Below are positions 1-8,043 of a stretch of 32,000 nucleotides of DNA, piece by piece (positions within the stretch are counted from its first letter, which is position 1; every line of letters starts with the position of its first letter). A program made the translations under genes and the position numbers. This DNA comes from Nostoc sp. PCC 7120 = FACHB-418 (GTDB taxonomy: Bacteria > Cyanobacteriota > Cyanobacteriia > Cyanobacteriales > Nostocaceae): NCBI RefSeq assembly GCF_000009705.1, contig NC_003272.1:2970001-3002000 (forward strand). Direction: 5' to 3'. Under the pieces are notes generated by a model that was not told the origin of the DNA, made no database searches, and worked only from the letters and a program-made list of their open reading frames with translations.

Positions 1-782
1 GCGAAAAGGTTTTAGATATTCCACCCCAAAAATGTATTACCCGCGACAACGTAGGAATTGAAGTAGACGCAGTGGTTTACTGGCGAATTGTCGATATGGA
101 AAAGGCTTGGTACAAAGTAGAAAACCTCCACTCGGCAATGGTGAATATGGTGCTGACCCAAATTCGCTCGGAAATGGGACAGTTGGAGTTAGATCAAACC
201 TTTACGGCTCGTTCCCAAATTAATGAACTTTTATTACGGGAATTGGATATTGCCACTGATCCTTGGGGTGTAAAAGTCACAAGGGTAGAACTGCGAGATA
301 TTATTCCTTCCCAAGCTGTGCGGGAATCGATGGAATTGCAAATGTCAGCCGAACGACGCAGACGAGCAGCAATTTTAAATTCAGAGGGTGAGAGGGAAGC
401 GGCTGTCAATTCTGCCAGAGGTAAGGCCGAAGCCCAAATATTAGATGCGGAAGCCAGGCAAAAGTCGGTAATCTTACAAGCAGAGGCGGAACAAAAAGCG
501 ATCGTTCTCAAAGCTCAGGCTGAACGTCAGCAACAAGTTCTCAAAGCTCAGGCTATTGCCGAATCAGCAGAAATTCTTGCCCAGAAAATCAGTTCCAATG
601 GTACTGCTGAACAAGCCCTAGAGGTGTTATTGGCTTTGGGTTATCTCGATATGGGCGCAACCATCGGTAAGAGCGATAGCAGTAAAGTCATGTTTATGGA
701 CCCCCGCGCTATTCCCGCTACTTTAGAGGGTATTCGCTCGATTGTTTCGGATAGTCAGTCGTCAGTGGTCAGTGGTCAGTAG
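1..782 (+). CDS. SPFH/Band 7 (stomatin/prohibitin-like) family protein, 5'-truncated by the window edge
   Basis: Frame 3 is open from nt 3 ([31 protein letters not shown]...), so the listed GTG at 72 is internal. An SPFH-type core is followed by an Ala/Glu/Gln-rich coiled-coil tail ([39 protein letters not shown]). Stop TAG at 780-782. Confidence 0.85.
   Translation, partial: EKVLDIPPQKCITRDNVGIEVDAVVYWRIVDMEKAWYKVENLHSAMVNMVLTQIRSEMGQLELDQTFTARSQINELLLRELDIATDPWGVKVTRVELRDIIPSQAVRESMELQMSAERRRRAAILNSEGEREAAVNSARGKAEAQILDAEARQKSVILQAEAEQKAIVLKAQAERQQQVLKAQAIAESAEILAQKISSNGTAEQALEVLLALGYLDMGATIGKSDSSKVMFMDPRAIPATLEGIRSIVSDSQSSVVSGQ
754..781. repeat. Four tandem heptamers (GTCAGTC GTCAGTG GTCAGTG GTCAGTA), STRR-like, forming the 3' end and stop codon of the SPFH gene
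   Basis: Period-7 repeat read directly. It is bracketed by the 7-bp direct repeat GTTTCGG (744-750 and 782-788). Confidence 0.8.
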
Positions 783-795
783 TTTCGGCTATTGA

Positions 796-1194
796 CTAAA
801 TTTCACTCGCGTGATTCATTTGGCACTTACCACACAAACCGAAAAACTCCAGAGTGTGGTAGAAAATCTTAAACTTATGGGCAGTTTGTAACTGTTCTTC
901 TAAGTTGTGAACAGGGCATTGATGAATAGGAATAGATACACCGCATTGCAGGCACGTAAGATGGTGTTTATCTTGCTGCGCTAGGCTGTAGAGAGCTTCG
1001 CCATTAGGTAAAGTCCGTACCTGCACCAAGCCTTCTAGTTTTAAGGCTTCCAAGGAACGATAAACTGTTGCTAACCCCATACTCTGATTGCGATTACGGA
1101 GTTCTACATAAATATCCTGGGCAGAAATGCCTTGTTTAATGGTTTGCAACAGGTTTAAGATGCGCTCTTGACTGCGGGTGCGTATGGCTCTCAT
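796..1194 (-). CDS. zur: Fur-family metalloregulator, most likely the zinc uptake regulator Zur (FurB)
   Basis: 132 aa. N-terminal winged helix (ISAQDIYVELRNRNQSMGLATVYRSLEALKLEGLV). HHLTCLQCG plus CGKC give the CxxC...CxxC structural Zn site typical of Fur/Zur/PerR. The sequence closely matches my memory of Anabaena FurB/Zur (unverified). Confidence 0.75.
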   Translation of the reverse strand: MRAIRTRSQERILNLLQTIKQGISAQDIYVELRNRNQSMGLATVYRSLEALKLEGLVQVRTLPNGEALYSLAQQDKHHLTCLQCGVSIPIHQCPVHNLEEQLQTAHKFKIFYHTLEFFGLCGKCQMNHASEI

Positions 1195-1338
1195 AGACTA
1201 TTATTTAAATTTGCCACTGGATTAGAAGCTGTTCTACTGCCTAACTAATAAATTAACTTTAACGTCTCGATTAACTTATTTTTACTCAGTTGGAACAGAA
1301 AGTTATAGTATAGCGATCGCAGCTTTCAGAAAAACTCC

Positions 1339-1617
1339 GTGCAAACTAAGTATCTAGCCAAAATTTTCGTGACACTTCGTCCTTCAGTTTTAGACCCGGC
1401 CGGTGTGGCCGTACAATCTGGTCTCCTGCAAATGGGATACGATAACGTTGATCATGTACGGATTGGTAAGTACATTGAACTCAACATTACTACTTCTGAT
1501 GAAGCAAAAGCGCGTCAAGACTTAAACCGCATTTGTGATCAAATGTTATCTAATCCAGTAATTGAAAATTATCGCTTTGATTTGATTGAAGTCGAAACCC
1601 AGACCGGAGTATTTTAG
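1339..1617 (+). CDS. purS: Phosphoribosylformylglycinamidine synthase subunit PurS
   Basis: 92 aa with a GTG start. Hallmark PurS sequence KIFVTLRPSVLDPAGVAVQSGLLQMGY. Lies directly upstream of purQ. Confidence 0.9.
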   Translation: MQTKYLAKIFVTLRPSVLDPAGVAVQSGLLQMGYDNVDHVRIGKYIELNITTSDEAKARQDLNRICDQMLSNPVIENYRFDLIEVETQTGVF

Positions 1618-1640
1618 GGATCGGGCAATAAGTAAGAAAA

Positions 1641-1781
1641 CAACAATAGCAACTGACAACCGACAACTGACCCTCCGGGTGACGCTCGTTCCTCGCTAAC
1701 GCTGCGCTAACGCCAGTTACTCATGGGGGAAACCCCCAAGACCGTACTGGCTCACAACTAACAACTAACAACTGACTAATC
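1641..1781. repeat. purS-purQ spacer: heptamer tracts (GACAACC/GACAACT; ACAACTA x2, ACAACTG) flanking an ~83-bp structured insert (1671-1753), MITE-like
   Basis: Period-7 repeats at 1641-1670 and 1754-1781. The insert carries a tandem CGCTAACGC x2 and a 40-nt stem-loop (1712-1751; GCCAGT.AC/GTACTGGC) enclosing GGGGG-AAA-CCCCC (1725-1737). Confidence 0.6.
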
Positions 1782-2456
1782 ATGAAATTTGGCGTTGTTG
1801 TATTTCCTGGTTCTAATTGCGATCGCGATGTTGCCTATGTCACTAGAGACTTGCTAGGACAGCCAACTCGCATGGTTTGGCATCAAGACACCGATATTGC
1901 TGATTTGGATGTGGTGATTATCCCTGGTGGATTTAGTTATGGTGACTATTTACGCTGTGGGGCGATCGCTCGGTTCTCTCCTGTGATGCAGCAGGTGGTG
2001 GAACACGCCCAAAAAGGTAAGTTGGTGCTGGGGATTTGTAACGGTTTTCAGGTATTAACTGAAGCCGGACTCTTACCTGGAGCCTTGGCGAGAAATCAAG
2101 ATTTGCATTTTATTTGCGATCGCGTCCCTCTCACTGTTGAGAGTACCAATAGCCTTTGGACTCAAGCTTACAACCCTGGTGAAGTCATCACTCTCCCAAT
2201 TGCCCACGGAGAAGGCAGATTTTATGCTGATGAGGCAACTTTATCTGAGATTGAAGATAATGGGCAGGTGCTTTTCCGTTATGCGGGTGAAAATCCCAAT
2301 GGTTCCCTGAATAATATAGCCGGGATTTGCGATCGCCAAGGCAATGTTTTAGGCATGATGCCTCACCCAGAAAGGGCTTCTGACCCTGTGCTTGGTGGTA
2401 GCGATGGATTAAAGTTATTCCAAGGGTTGCTTGAGAAGGTGGTGGCGTTGGCATAA
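1782..2456 (+). CDS. purQ: Phosphoribosylformylglycinamidine synthase glutaminase subunit PurQ
   Basis: 224 aa. Class I glutamine amidotransferase with nucleophile motif GICNGFQ and the His/Glu pair in MPHPER. Confidence 0.93.
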   Translation: MKFGVVVFPGSNCDRDVAYVTRDLLGQPTRMVWHQDTDIADLDVVIIPGGFSYGDYLRCGAIARFSPVMQQVVEHAQKGKLVLGICNGFQVLTEAGLLPGALARNQDLHFICDRVPLTVESTNSLWTQAYNPGEVITLPIAHGEGRFYADEATLSEIEDNGQVLFRYAGENPNGSLNNIAGICDRQGNVLGMMPHPERASDPVLGGSDGLKLFQGLLEKVVALA

Positions 2457-2493
2457 TGTTGACCTTCGCACCCATCATAGTTAAACAAGATAG

Positions 2494-2526
2494 AGGCACA
2501 GTCAGGCTGTGCCTTTCTCAGTTTCT
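2494..2526 (+). terminator. Probable intrinsic terminator after purQ
   Basis: Perfect 8-bp stem AGGCACAG/CTGTGCCT (2494-2501 / 2507-2514), 5-nt loop, then a T-rich but interrupted tail TTCTCAGTTTCT. Confidence 0.45.
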
Positions 2527-2552
2527 ATTAAAGTGCTTATTGTAACTATATA

Positions 2553-4469
2553 ATGTCAATTTCTAATGAAACTAAACAATTTATTCAATGGATACAATCT
2601 TTTGATTATCGTGTTTTAAAAAACAAAGATGATGTCGAGATAAATTTTATTGTACCTATGTTTCGTCATCTCTGTTATCCCAAGACATATTCGGCTGGTA
2701 ACTATCCTTTAAATACTCAAAACATTGAAAAAAATCTAGAAAGTATTTATATATATTTCTCTACTGATGATGTTATTAAACAAAATGCTGAAACAGCTTT
2801 AATCATTGCTATATATTTAGAGCCAAATTCTAATAATTTTCCAGAAGCTATCGAACGCGCCAAGTTTTATAGTACTTATTTAAAACCTTTATACTTTTTA
2901 GTGACTAATGGCTATCATGTGAGGATTTTTAAATATTTTATCTACCACAAAGAAGAATTAATCTTTGACAAAAGTGTCGATTCTTTAAAAAACACCCATA
3001 TAGCCACAGAATTCTATAATAACTTTAATTTTAATTTAGTTAAAAATATTGATAAAAACACAGCTAATATTTCTAAATATACACAATATAGCCTCATAGA
3101 AAAATCATTAAGACGGTACAATTTACAGGAAATTGTCGCTAATACTGACTTTAGAACCTCTACCTTTAGAGAAGGCGATCGCCTGACTGTTGTCAAGCCT
3201 AAAGTAGTTATAGAGTGTAACTTACCTAAAGCTTCTGGTGAAGGTAATTGTCAAATACAATTTAGCAGCGTTATCTTAAGAGGACTAAAGGTTAGCTTAA
3301 ATCATCAATATATTTTAGGTAACCTCATGACAGGCTTAAATACCCGTCCAGAATGGGGTTGCCGGAGTTTTCTTAAACAATTAGATGATAACGCTTTTGA
3401 AGTTAATCTAGGTCAAACAACAGTTATATTATCTGACTTAGAAACAGCAGACTTATGTTTATGTATCGATATAGTTGCTCAAGAATATAAAAAAGCGATT
3501 ATTGCTTTTGAAAATGCTTTAGAAACTTGGGATTTTGAATTTACAGATTTTTTAGGTGTGCGTGGAGTTAATCTGTTTTCTGTAGATGCAAAATTATGGC
3601 GATTAATGCACAACTTCGCCAATGAGTTTAACTATGTGCAAGGTAAATCAGAGTGGCATTTATTTCAACAGGAAGATATTTCCATTCGTGTTAGTCGTGG
3701 GATTCGGGATCATGCTTTTATTTTACCCAAACCTGTCAATTATTTATCTATATTACCAAACGGCATAATTAACATAGTTTATGAAATAAATGATGTGCAT
3801 CTACAATCTTTGGAAAAAGGCGAAATGAATACATGGCAGCAAGATATCGGCCCACGGGGTACTTGGACAGCTAAATACACTCAACAATGGCTATTAAATC
3901 AATTTATTCCTAAAGTTATTGATTATTATTCGGCTAAATATCCGTTGTCTGAAGAGGAATTATTAAATAATATATTGAATACCGAAAATAACAGGATTTC
4001 TATTACAAAAATCAATGAAATTCAAGAGTTAATTCCTTATCTCCAAGATATACAATCTTGGCTAAATATATATATAGAAAATAGTTCGACTACATTATTG
4101 CGGGTATATTACAGGGCATTCACTAATTTAGTACGGAATACAGATTCATCAATAGAAGGGATGGATTATATTATCCGTAACTTATCTTTAATGGAAACTG
4201 ATAATACAAAAGATAGAGTTAAAAGTAATTTCCAAAAATGGAGTTTTAAAGACGTAATTTATTATTTAGATGCTCAAGTGGGTAGAATTAATAATTATCA
4301 ACATGAAAATAGTTTTAAAGCAGTTTTAATTACTCGCATTTTTATCTGGATTATCGAACATGGCAAAATAAGCTGCTCCCAAGCCCAGTTAAATGCTGCA
4401 AAGCAAGCCTTACTACCACTGTGGGAGCAAAGCCGCTTTGAAATGCGCCATGTTTATCCAAATCGTTAA
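2553..4469 (+). CDS. Orphan 638-aa protein; N-terminal HsdR_N-like (type I restriction R-subunit N-terminal / PD-(D/E)xK fold) domain plus a large uncharacterised C-terminal region
   Basis: Long uninterrupted ORF in strongly AT-rich DNA. Residues ~20-130 follow the HsdR_N pattern by eye (DDVEINFIVPMFRHLCY ... ALIIAIYLEP ... AIERAKFYSTYLKPLYFLVTNGYHVRIFKY). No Walker A, HNH, DEAD or other motif seen in the remaining ~500 aa. The coding call is confident; the domain call is tentative. Confidence 0.8.
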   Translation: MSISNETKQFIQWIQSFDYRVLKNKDDVEINFIVPMFRHLCYPKTYSAGNYPLNTQNIEKNLESIYIYFSTDDVIKQNAETALIIAIYLEPNSNNFPEAIERAKFYSTYLKPLYFLVTNGYHVRIFKYFIYHKEELIFDKSVDSLKNTHIATEFYNNFNFNLVKNIDKNTANISKYTQYSLIEKSLRRYNLQEIVANTDFRTSTFREGDRLTVVKPKVVIECNLPKASGEGNCQIQFSSVILRGLKVSLNHQYILGNLMTGLNTRPEWGCRSFLKQLDDNAFEVNLGQTTVILSDLETADLCLCIDIVAQEYKKAIIAFENALETWDFEFTDFLGVRGVNLFSVDAKLWRLMHNFANEFNYVQGKSEWHLFQQEDISIRVSRGIRDHAFILPKPVNYLSILPNGIINIVYEINDVHLQSLEKGEMNTWQQDIGPRGTWTAKYTQQWLLNQFIPKVIDYYSAKYPLSEEELLNNILNTENNRISITKINEIQELIPYLQDIQSWLNIYIENSSTTLLRVYYRAFTNLVRNTDSSIEGMDYIIRNLSLMETDNTKDRVKSNFQKWSFKDVIYYLDAQVGRINNYQHENSFKAVLITRIFIWIIEHGKISCSQAQLNAAKQALLPLWEQSRFEMRHVYPNR

Positions 4470-4529
4470 TTTTGTTCACCTCTAGAGAAAAGCATATTCC
4501 CTATGACCCGTTTCCCATAAATGCCCAAA

Positions 4530-5693
4530 TTACGGCGTAGTTGGTTCGGAAATACTTAGGGTATTTTTGGGATTCTCTTTTTGTACTACGGATGCAGCTA
4601 TTTCTGTGGTATCTGTTACTTCTATTGCATTATTTACACTAGAGGGACGTAAGGCAGTCAAAGCAGTCTTAATTATTACAGCAGTGGGAACGGCAACAAT
4701 TACCCCTAAAAGTCCACCAACTCTAGCTCCTGTCAAAACAGATATTAATATCCAGACTGGATTCAAGCCAGTAAAATTGCCCAAGATACGGGGAGCGATT
4801 AAGTTTTCCAGAATTTGCTGGACAATTACAGCCGCAATCAAAACTCTGACTCCCATCGAGAAATCTTGCAATGCGACTAGTGAGGTAGTAAGTGCAATAC
4901 CCACAGAACCACCAAATGGCACAAGCGCCATAATGCCAATGGTCAGCCCAAATAATAGCCCAAATGGCACCTTCAGCCATAAGAAGGCAGGAATGAGGGC
5001 TGATGCCATACAAGTAGATAAAATTAACTGGGTAATAAAGAAATTTTGAAAGCTCAAGCGTACTGTTTGGGAGAATGGAGCGCGGAACTTGCTAGGGAGC
5101 CATTCTACTAAGCTTTGCCAAAGTTCACCGCCATGCTGGAGAAGATAGAAAGTTAACACCATTGTCAACAGAAAATCTAGCAAACTGGTGAAGGTGACAA
5201 CGGCCAGATTGAGGACTTGTCCGGCGATCGCCTGGAGTTGTCCTTTGACGCGATCATTAATCTGTACTACCAAAGCATCCAGGTTAATCGGTAAACCTAC
5301 AGTCTCTGCTTTCTCGTTTAACATCATGAGCTGCGATCGCCCAGAATCAATTAACTCTGGGATACGTGCTACCAGTTGTTGAGCTTGGGTAAGCGCCAGA
5401 GGAAATAAAGTCACACCCAGAGCTAACAAAATTGATAGAGCCAATAAAAACACTAAAATAGCAACTTGCTCTCGCCTCGCGCCGCGATGCGCCATCCAAC
5501 TAACAGGGTAGTTGAGCAGAAATGCTAAAACTGAAGCTCCGACTAAAATGACTATTAAGGAATGGAAGTAATCAAAAATTGCGGAAATTGCCCAACCATT
5601 GAGAACTAATAAAGGAGCGAACAGAGCGATCGCCCCAATTCTCGCTATTGGTGTTAGTGTTTGCCACCAGTTGAGTAGCTTGAGTGTCTGCAT
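4530..5693 (-). CDS. AI-2E family transporter (PerM/UPF0118-type permease)
   Basis: 387 aa, multi-pass membrane protein with the usual AI-2E layout: N-terminal TM pair, a long soluble loop, then clustered C-terminal TMs (...GLLFGLTIGIMALVPFGGSVG...). Confidence 0.8.
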   Translation of the reverse strand: MQTLKLLNWWQTLTPIARIGAIALFAPLLVLNGWAISAIFDYFHSLIVILVGASVLAFLLNYPVSWMAHRGARREQVAILVFLLALSILLALGVTLFPLALTQAQQLVARIPELIDSGRSQLMMLNEKAETVGLPINLDALVVQINDRVKGQLQAIAGQVLNLAVVTFTSLLDFLLTMVLTFYLLQHGGELWQSLVEWLPSKFRAPFSQTVRLSFQNFFITQLILSTCMASALIPAFLWLKVPFGLLFGLTIGIMALVPFGGSVGIALTTSLVALQDFSMGVRVLIAAVIVQQILENLIAPRILGNFTGLNPVWILISVLTGARVGGLLGVIVAVPTAVIIKTALTALRPSSVNNAIEVTDTTEIAASVVQKENPKNTLSISEPTTP

Positions 5694-5801
5694 CTTGAGC
5701 CGATTGCGGGATAGAACTAAAAAATTCTGTATCTATAGCTTATTATCTCTAACTACATCATTGTCATTCATCCCTCTAGTTTAGGATTTGACGAAAAAAC
5801 A

Positions 5802-6197
5802 ATGGAAGACTTTCAATCAAATCAAAACATCACGGTGAGCGAGGAAGAGTCAACTATTCCTAAAACACAGCTTATTTTACATCTAATCCCTGTTATTGGC
5901 TTTTTTCCATCCCTCTGGACTGTTTATCGCTGTCAAGGTAGCCGGGAACAACTGGCGGTGAGTCGTCTGTCTATTACTCTGGCGTTTACTTGGTTGTTGG
6001 GGTATCTCTTGTTGGCTACTGGAGCAGCAACTGCGGAATTTTTCACCCTGCGCCTGTTAATTCTGAATGGCTTTTTTACATCTGGTTACTTCTTGGTAAG
6101 TATCTGGTTAATTTTGCGCTTATTCCAAGGTAAGTCCCATCGTTTACCAGGGTTGAGTCGCTTTGCAGAACAGGTGTTTAGCAAATATTTATCTTGA
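5802..6197 (+). CDS. Small integral membrane protein, function unknown
   Basis: 131 aa with about three hydrophobic helices (LILHLIPVIGFFPSLW, LAFTWLLGYLLLATGAA, FFTSGYFLVSIWLILRLF). No motif recognised. Confidence 0.6.
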   Translation: MEDFQSNQNITVSEEESTIPKTQLILHLIPVIGFFPSLWTVYRCQGSREQLAVSRLSITLAFTWLLGYLLLATGAATAEFFTLRLLILNGFFTSGYFLVSIWLILRLFQGKSHRLPGLSRFAEQVFSKYLS

Positions 6198-6464
6198 GTT
6201 TCTCAGATGATTAGGCAGCATTTTTACTTAATGGCTAACAAAATTACGCATAATTTTCTGATAGACCTAGTCAAAGGGAACGGACTATTGCCATACTGCT
6301 ATAAATCAATTAGAAAATTGCCACAATGAGGAAAAATCCTGCTATAAGTGTTGTGGTTGAAAGCAAAATAAAATGTCAATGTAATTGATTAAAAGTTAGC
6401 TATTATGGGTTGATTTATCTGCATTATTTTAAGTCAGCAAATTTACTTAATTCATCAGTATAGT

Positions 6465-7895
6465 GTGAGGAAGTCTGTGACCATTCAAAGAACTTCAGCA
6501 GAAGGAAATCCATCGTCAAACGCCCCTAACTCCAGTGGCAAAAATTCGCGCAATACGAAACCGGGGCGTTGGCTATGGTTTTGGATGGGTATGGGTGGAA
6601 TTGCGATGGTATCAGCAACAGCCGGAGCGCTATTAGCTGTTTCATTAACCAGTACACCATTGCAGCAAGCTCAACTCAGCCCCCAAGAAGAAGCAGTCTT
6701 TGATGGTGATGCCATCTCTGGTAGTGGATTACGTTTTTCTGAATTAACTCGGCCTGTGAATCTATTAGTCATGGGGATGAGCGTACTTCCACCAGATGTT
6801 CAAAATCCCCCTACTGAAACCCAAAATCTCCGCTACCTACCCCAGGTAAATTCCTTTGATGGTCTTGCTGATGTCATGCTCATGGTGAAGTTTGACCCAG
6901 AGACCAAAAAAATTGCTATGCTTTCCATTCCCAGAGATACCCGCACGCGTATAGAAGGGCATGGAGTCAGAAAAATTAATGCCGCTAACGTGGAGGGTGG
7001 GCCTGCTTTAACTGCCACAACTGTTAGTAATCTGTTGGGTGGTGTGGGTATTGATCGCTATATCCGCATTAACGTTTTGGGAGTTGGTAAACTCATTGAT
7101 GCTTTGGGCGGAGTGACAGTTTATGTCCCCAAAGATATGAAATATCAAGATCATTCCCAACACTTATATATTAATTTAAAGGCAGGTAAACAGCATCTGA
7201 ATGGCGACCAGGTACTACAATTACTCCGCTTTCGTCATGATGAACTAGGAGATATTGGCCGGATTCAACGCCAGCAAATGGTGATGCGTGCTTTAATGGA
7301 TCAAGCTCTTAACCCTGTAACAGTAGCTCAGTTACCAAAAATTCTCAACGTAGTTAAAGATAATATCGACACCAACTTGACAGTTGAGGAATTGGTAGCG
7401 CTAGTGGGTTTTGGTGTGCGGACTAATCGCACCAATATGCAAATGTTAATGCTACCCGGACGTTTCAGCGAACCAAATGAGTATAATGCCAGCTATTGGA
7501 TACCAAGTAAAAATGGTATCGCTAAACTTATGGCACAGCATTTTGGTTTGGAATCTCTATCAGAAAACCCGGTAAATGATCCAACGGCTGTACGAGTGGC
7601 AATTCAGGATAGCACAGGTAGCGATCGCTCTCAACTACGTCCTTTAATTAATGCCTTAGAAAAAGCCGGCTATCGTAACGTTTACGTGGCTAATGCTTGG
7701 ACTGAACCCTTGGAAGTCACTAATATTATTGCCCAGCAAGGCGACGGCAACAGCGCTGAGTCCATTCGCAACGCCTTAGGTTTTGGCGAAGTGCGGGTAG
7801 AAAGCACTGGTAGTCTCAACTCAGATATTAGTATCCAAGTAGGCAAAGATTGGTTACAACAAAAATCTCTGTTAGAGGATTCTATTAAGTTCTAA
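6465..7895 (+). CDS. LCP (LytR-CpsA-Psr) family cell-envelope protein with an N-terminal TM anchor and C-terminal LytR_C-like domain
   Basis: LCP core DVMLMVKFDPETKKIAMLSIPRDT...INAANVEGGPALTATTVSNLLGGVGIDRYIRINVLGVGKLIDALGGVTVYVPKDM...LNGDQVLQLLRFRHDELGDIGRIQRQQ. The start is uncertain (GTG 6465 or GTG 6477). Confidence 0.85.
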   Translation: MRKSVTIQRTSAEGNPSSNAPNSSGKNSRNTKPGRWLWFWMGMGGIAMVSATAGALLAVSLTSTPLQQAQLSPQEEAVFDGDAISGSGLRFSELTRPVNLLVMGMSVLPPDVQNPPTETQNLRYLPQVNSFDGLADVMLMVKFDPETKKIAMLSIPRDTRTRIEGHGVRKINAANVEGGPALTATTVSNLLGGVGIDRYIRINVLGVGKLIDALGGVTVYVPKDMKYQDHSQHLYINLKAGKQHLNGDQVLQLLRFRHDELGDIGRIQRQQMVMRALMDQALNPVTVAQLPKILNVVKDNIDTNLTVEELVALVGFGVRTNRTNMQMLMLPGRFSEPNEYNASYWIPSKNGIAKLMAQHFGLESLSENPVNDPTAVRVAIQDSTGSDRSQLRPLINALEKAGYRNVYVANAWTEPLEVTNIIAQQGDGNSAESIRNALGFGEVRVESTGSLNSDISIQVGKDWLQQKSLLEDSIKF

Positions 7896-7930
7896 TATCC
7901 CGTCAGGTAGGACTTATACCAATTCAAAAT

Positions 7931-7981
7931 ACCCTTTGCTACGCTACGCTACCGCGTAGCTTGCTTCCCCGTAGGGTACAA
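7931..7981. repeat. ~51-bp imperfectly palindromic element flanked by the 10-bp direct repeat AATTCAAAAT (MITE-like insertion)
   Basis: Outer TACCCT/AGGGTA (7930-7935 / 7973-7978). (GCTAC)x3 then GCGTAGC gives a 7-bp inner stem (7943-7949 / 7954-7960). Direct repeats at 7921-7930 and 7982-7991. Confidence 0.55.
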
Positions 7982-8036
7982 AATTCAAAATCAAGACAGG
8001 ACAAGCGTTTGGGGCTGTATTGAATTTTGAATTTTG
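7979..8036. repeat. AT-stem hairpin carrying a conserved 24-nt core (copy 1), between the convergent LCP and beta-lactamase genes
   Basis: 13-bp stem CAAAATTCAAAAT/ATTTTGAATTTTG (7979-7991 / 8024-8036). The loop contains ACAGGACAAGCGTTTGGGGCTGTA (7996-8019), which recurs inverted at 11655-11678 with 23/24 identity. Confidence 0.6.
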
Positions 8037-8043
8037 AATTGAT

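Noticed and set aside
1195-1338. Looked for a Zur/Fur box (AT-rich 7-1-7 palindrome) in the zur-purS divergent region
   Set aside because: I could not find a convincing palindrome by eye, so I make no autoregulation claim.
2544-2555. TATAAT-like hexamer overlapping the ATG of the 638-aa ORF, as a possible sign of a leaderless mRNA
   Set aside because: A -10 box overlapping the start codon would place the TSS inside the ORF. AT-rich sequence generates such hexamers freely.
4567-5049. 160-aa plus-strand ORF (and 4723-5013 minus, 5188-5382 plus, 5599-5784 plus) within the AI-2E permease locus
   Set aside because: All are nested in or antisense to the 387-aa permease gene, which has a convincing multi-TM architecture.
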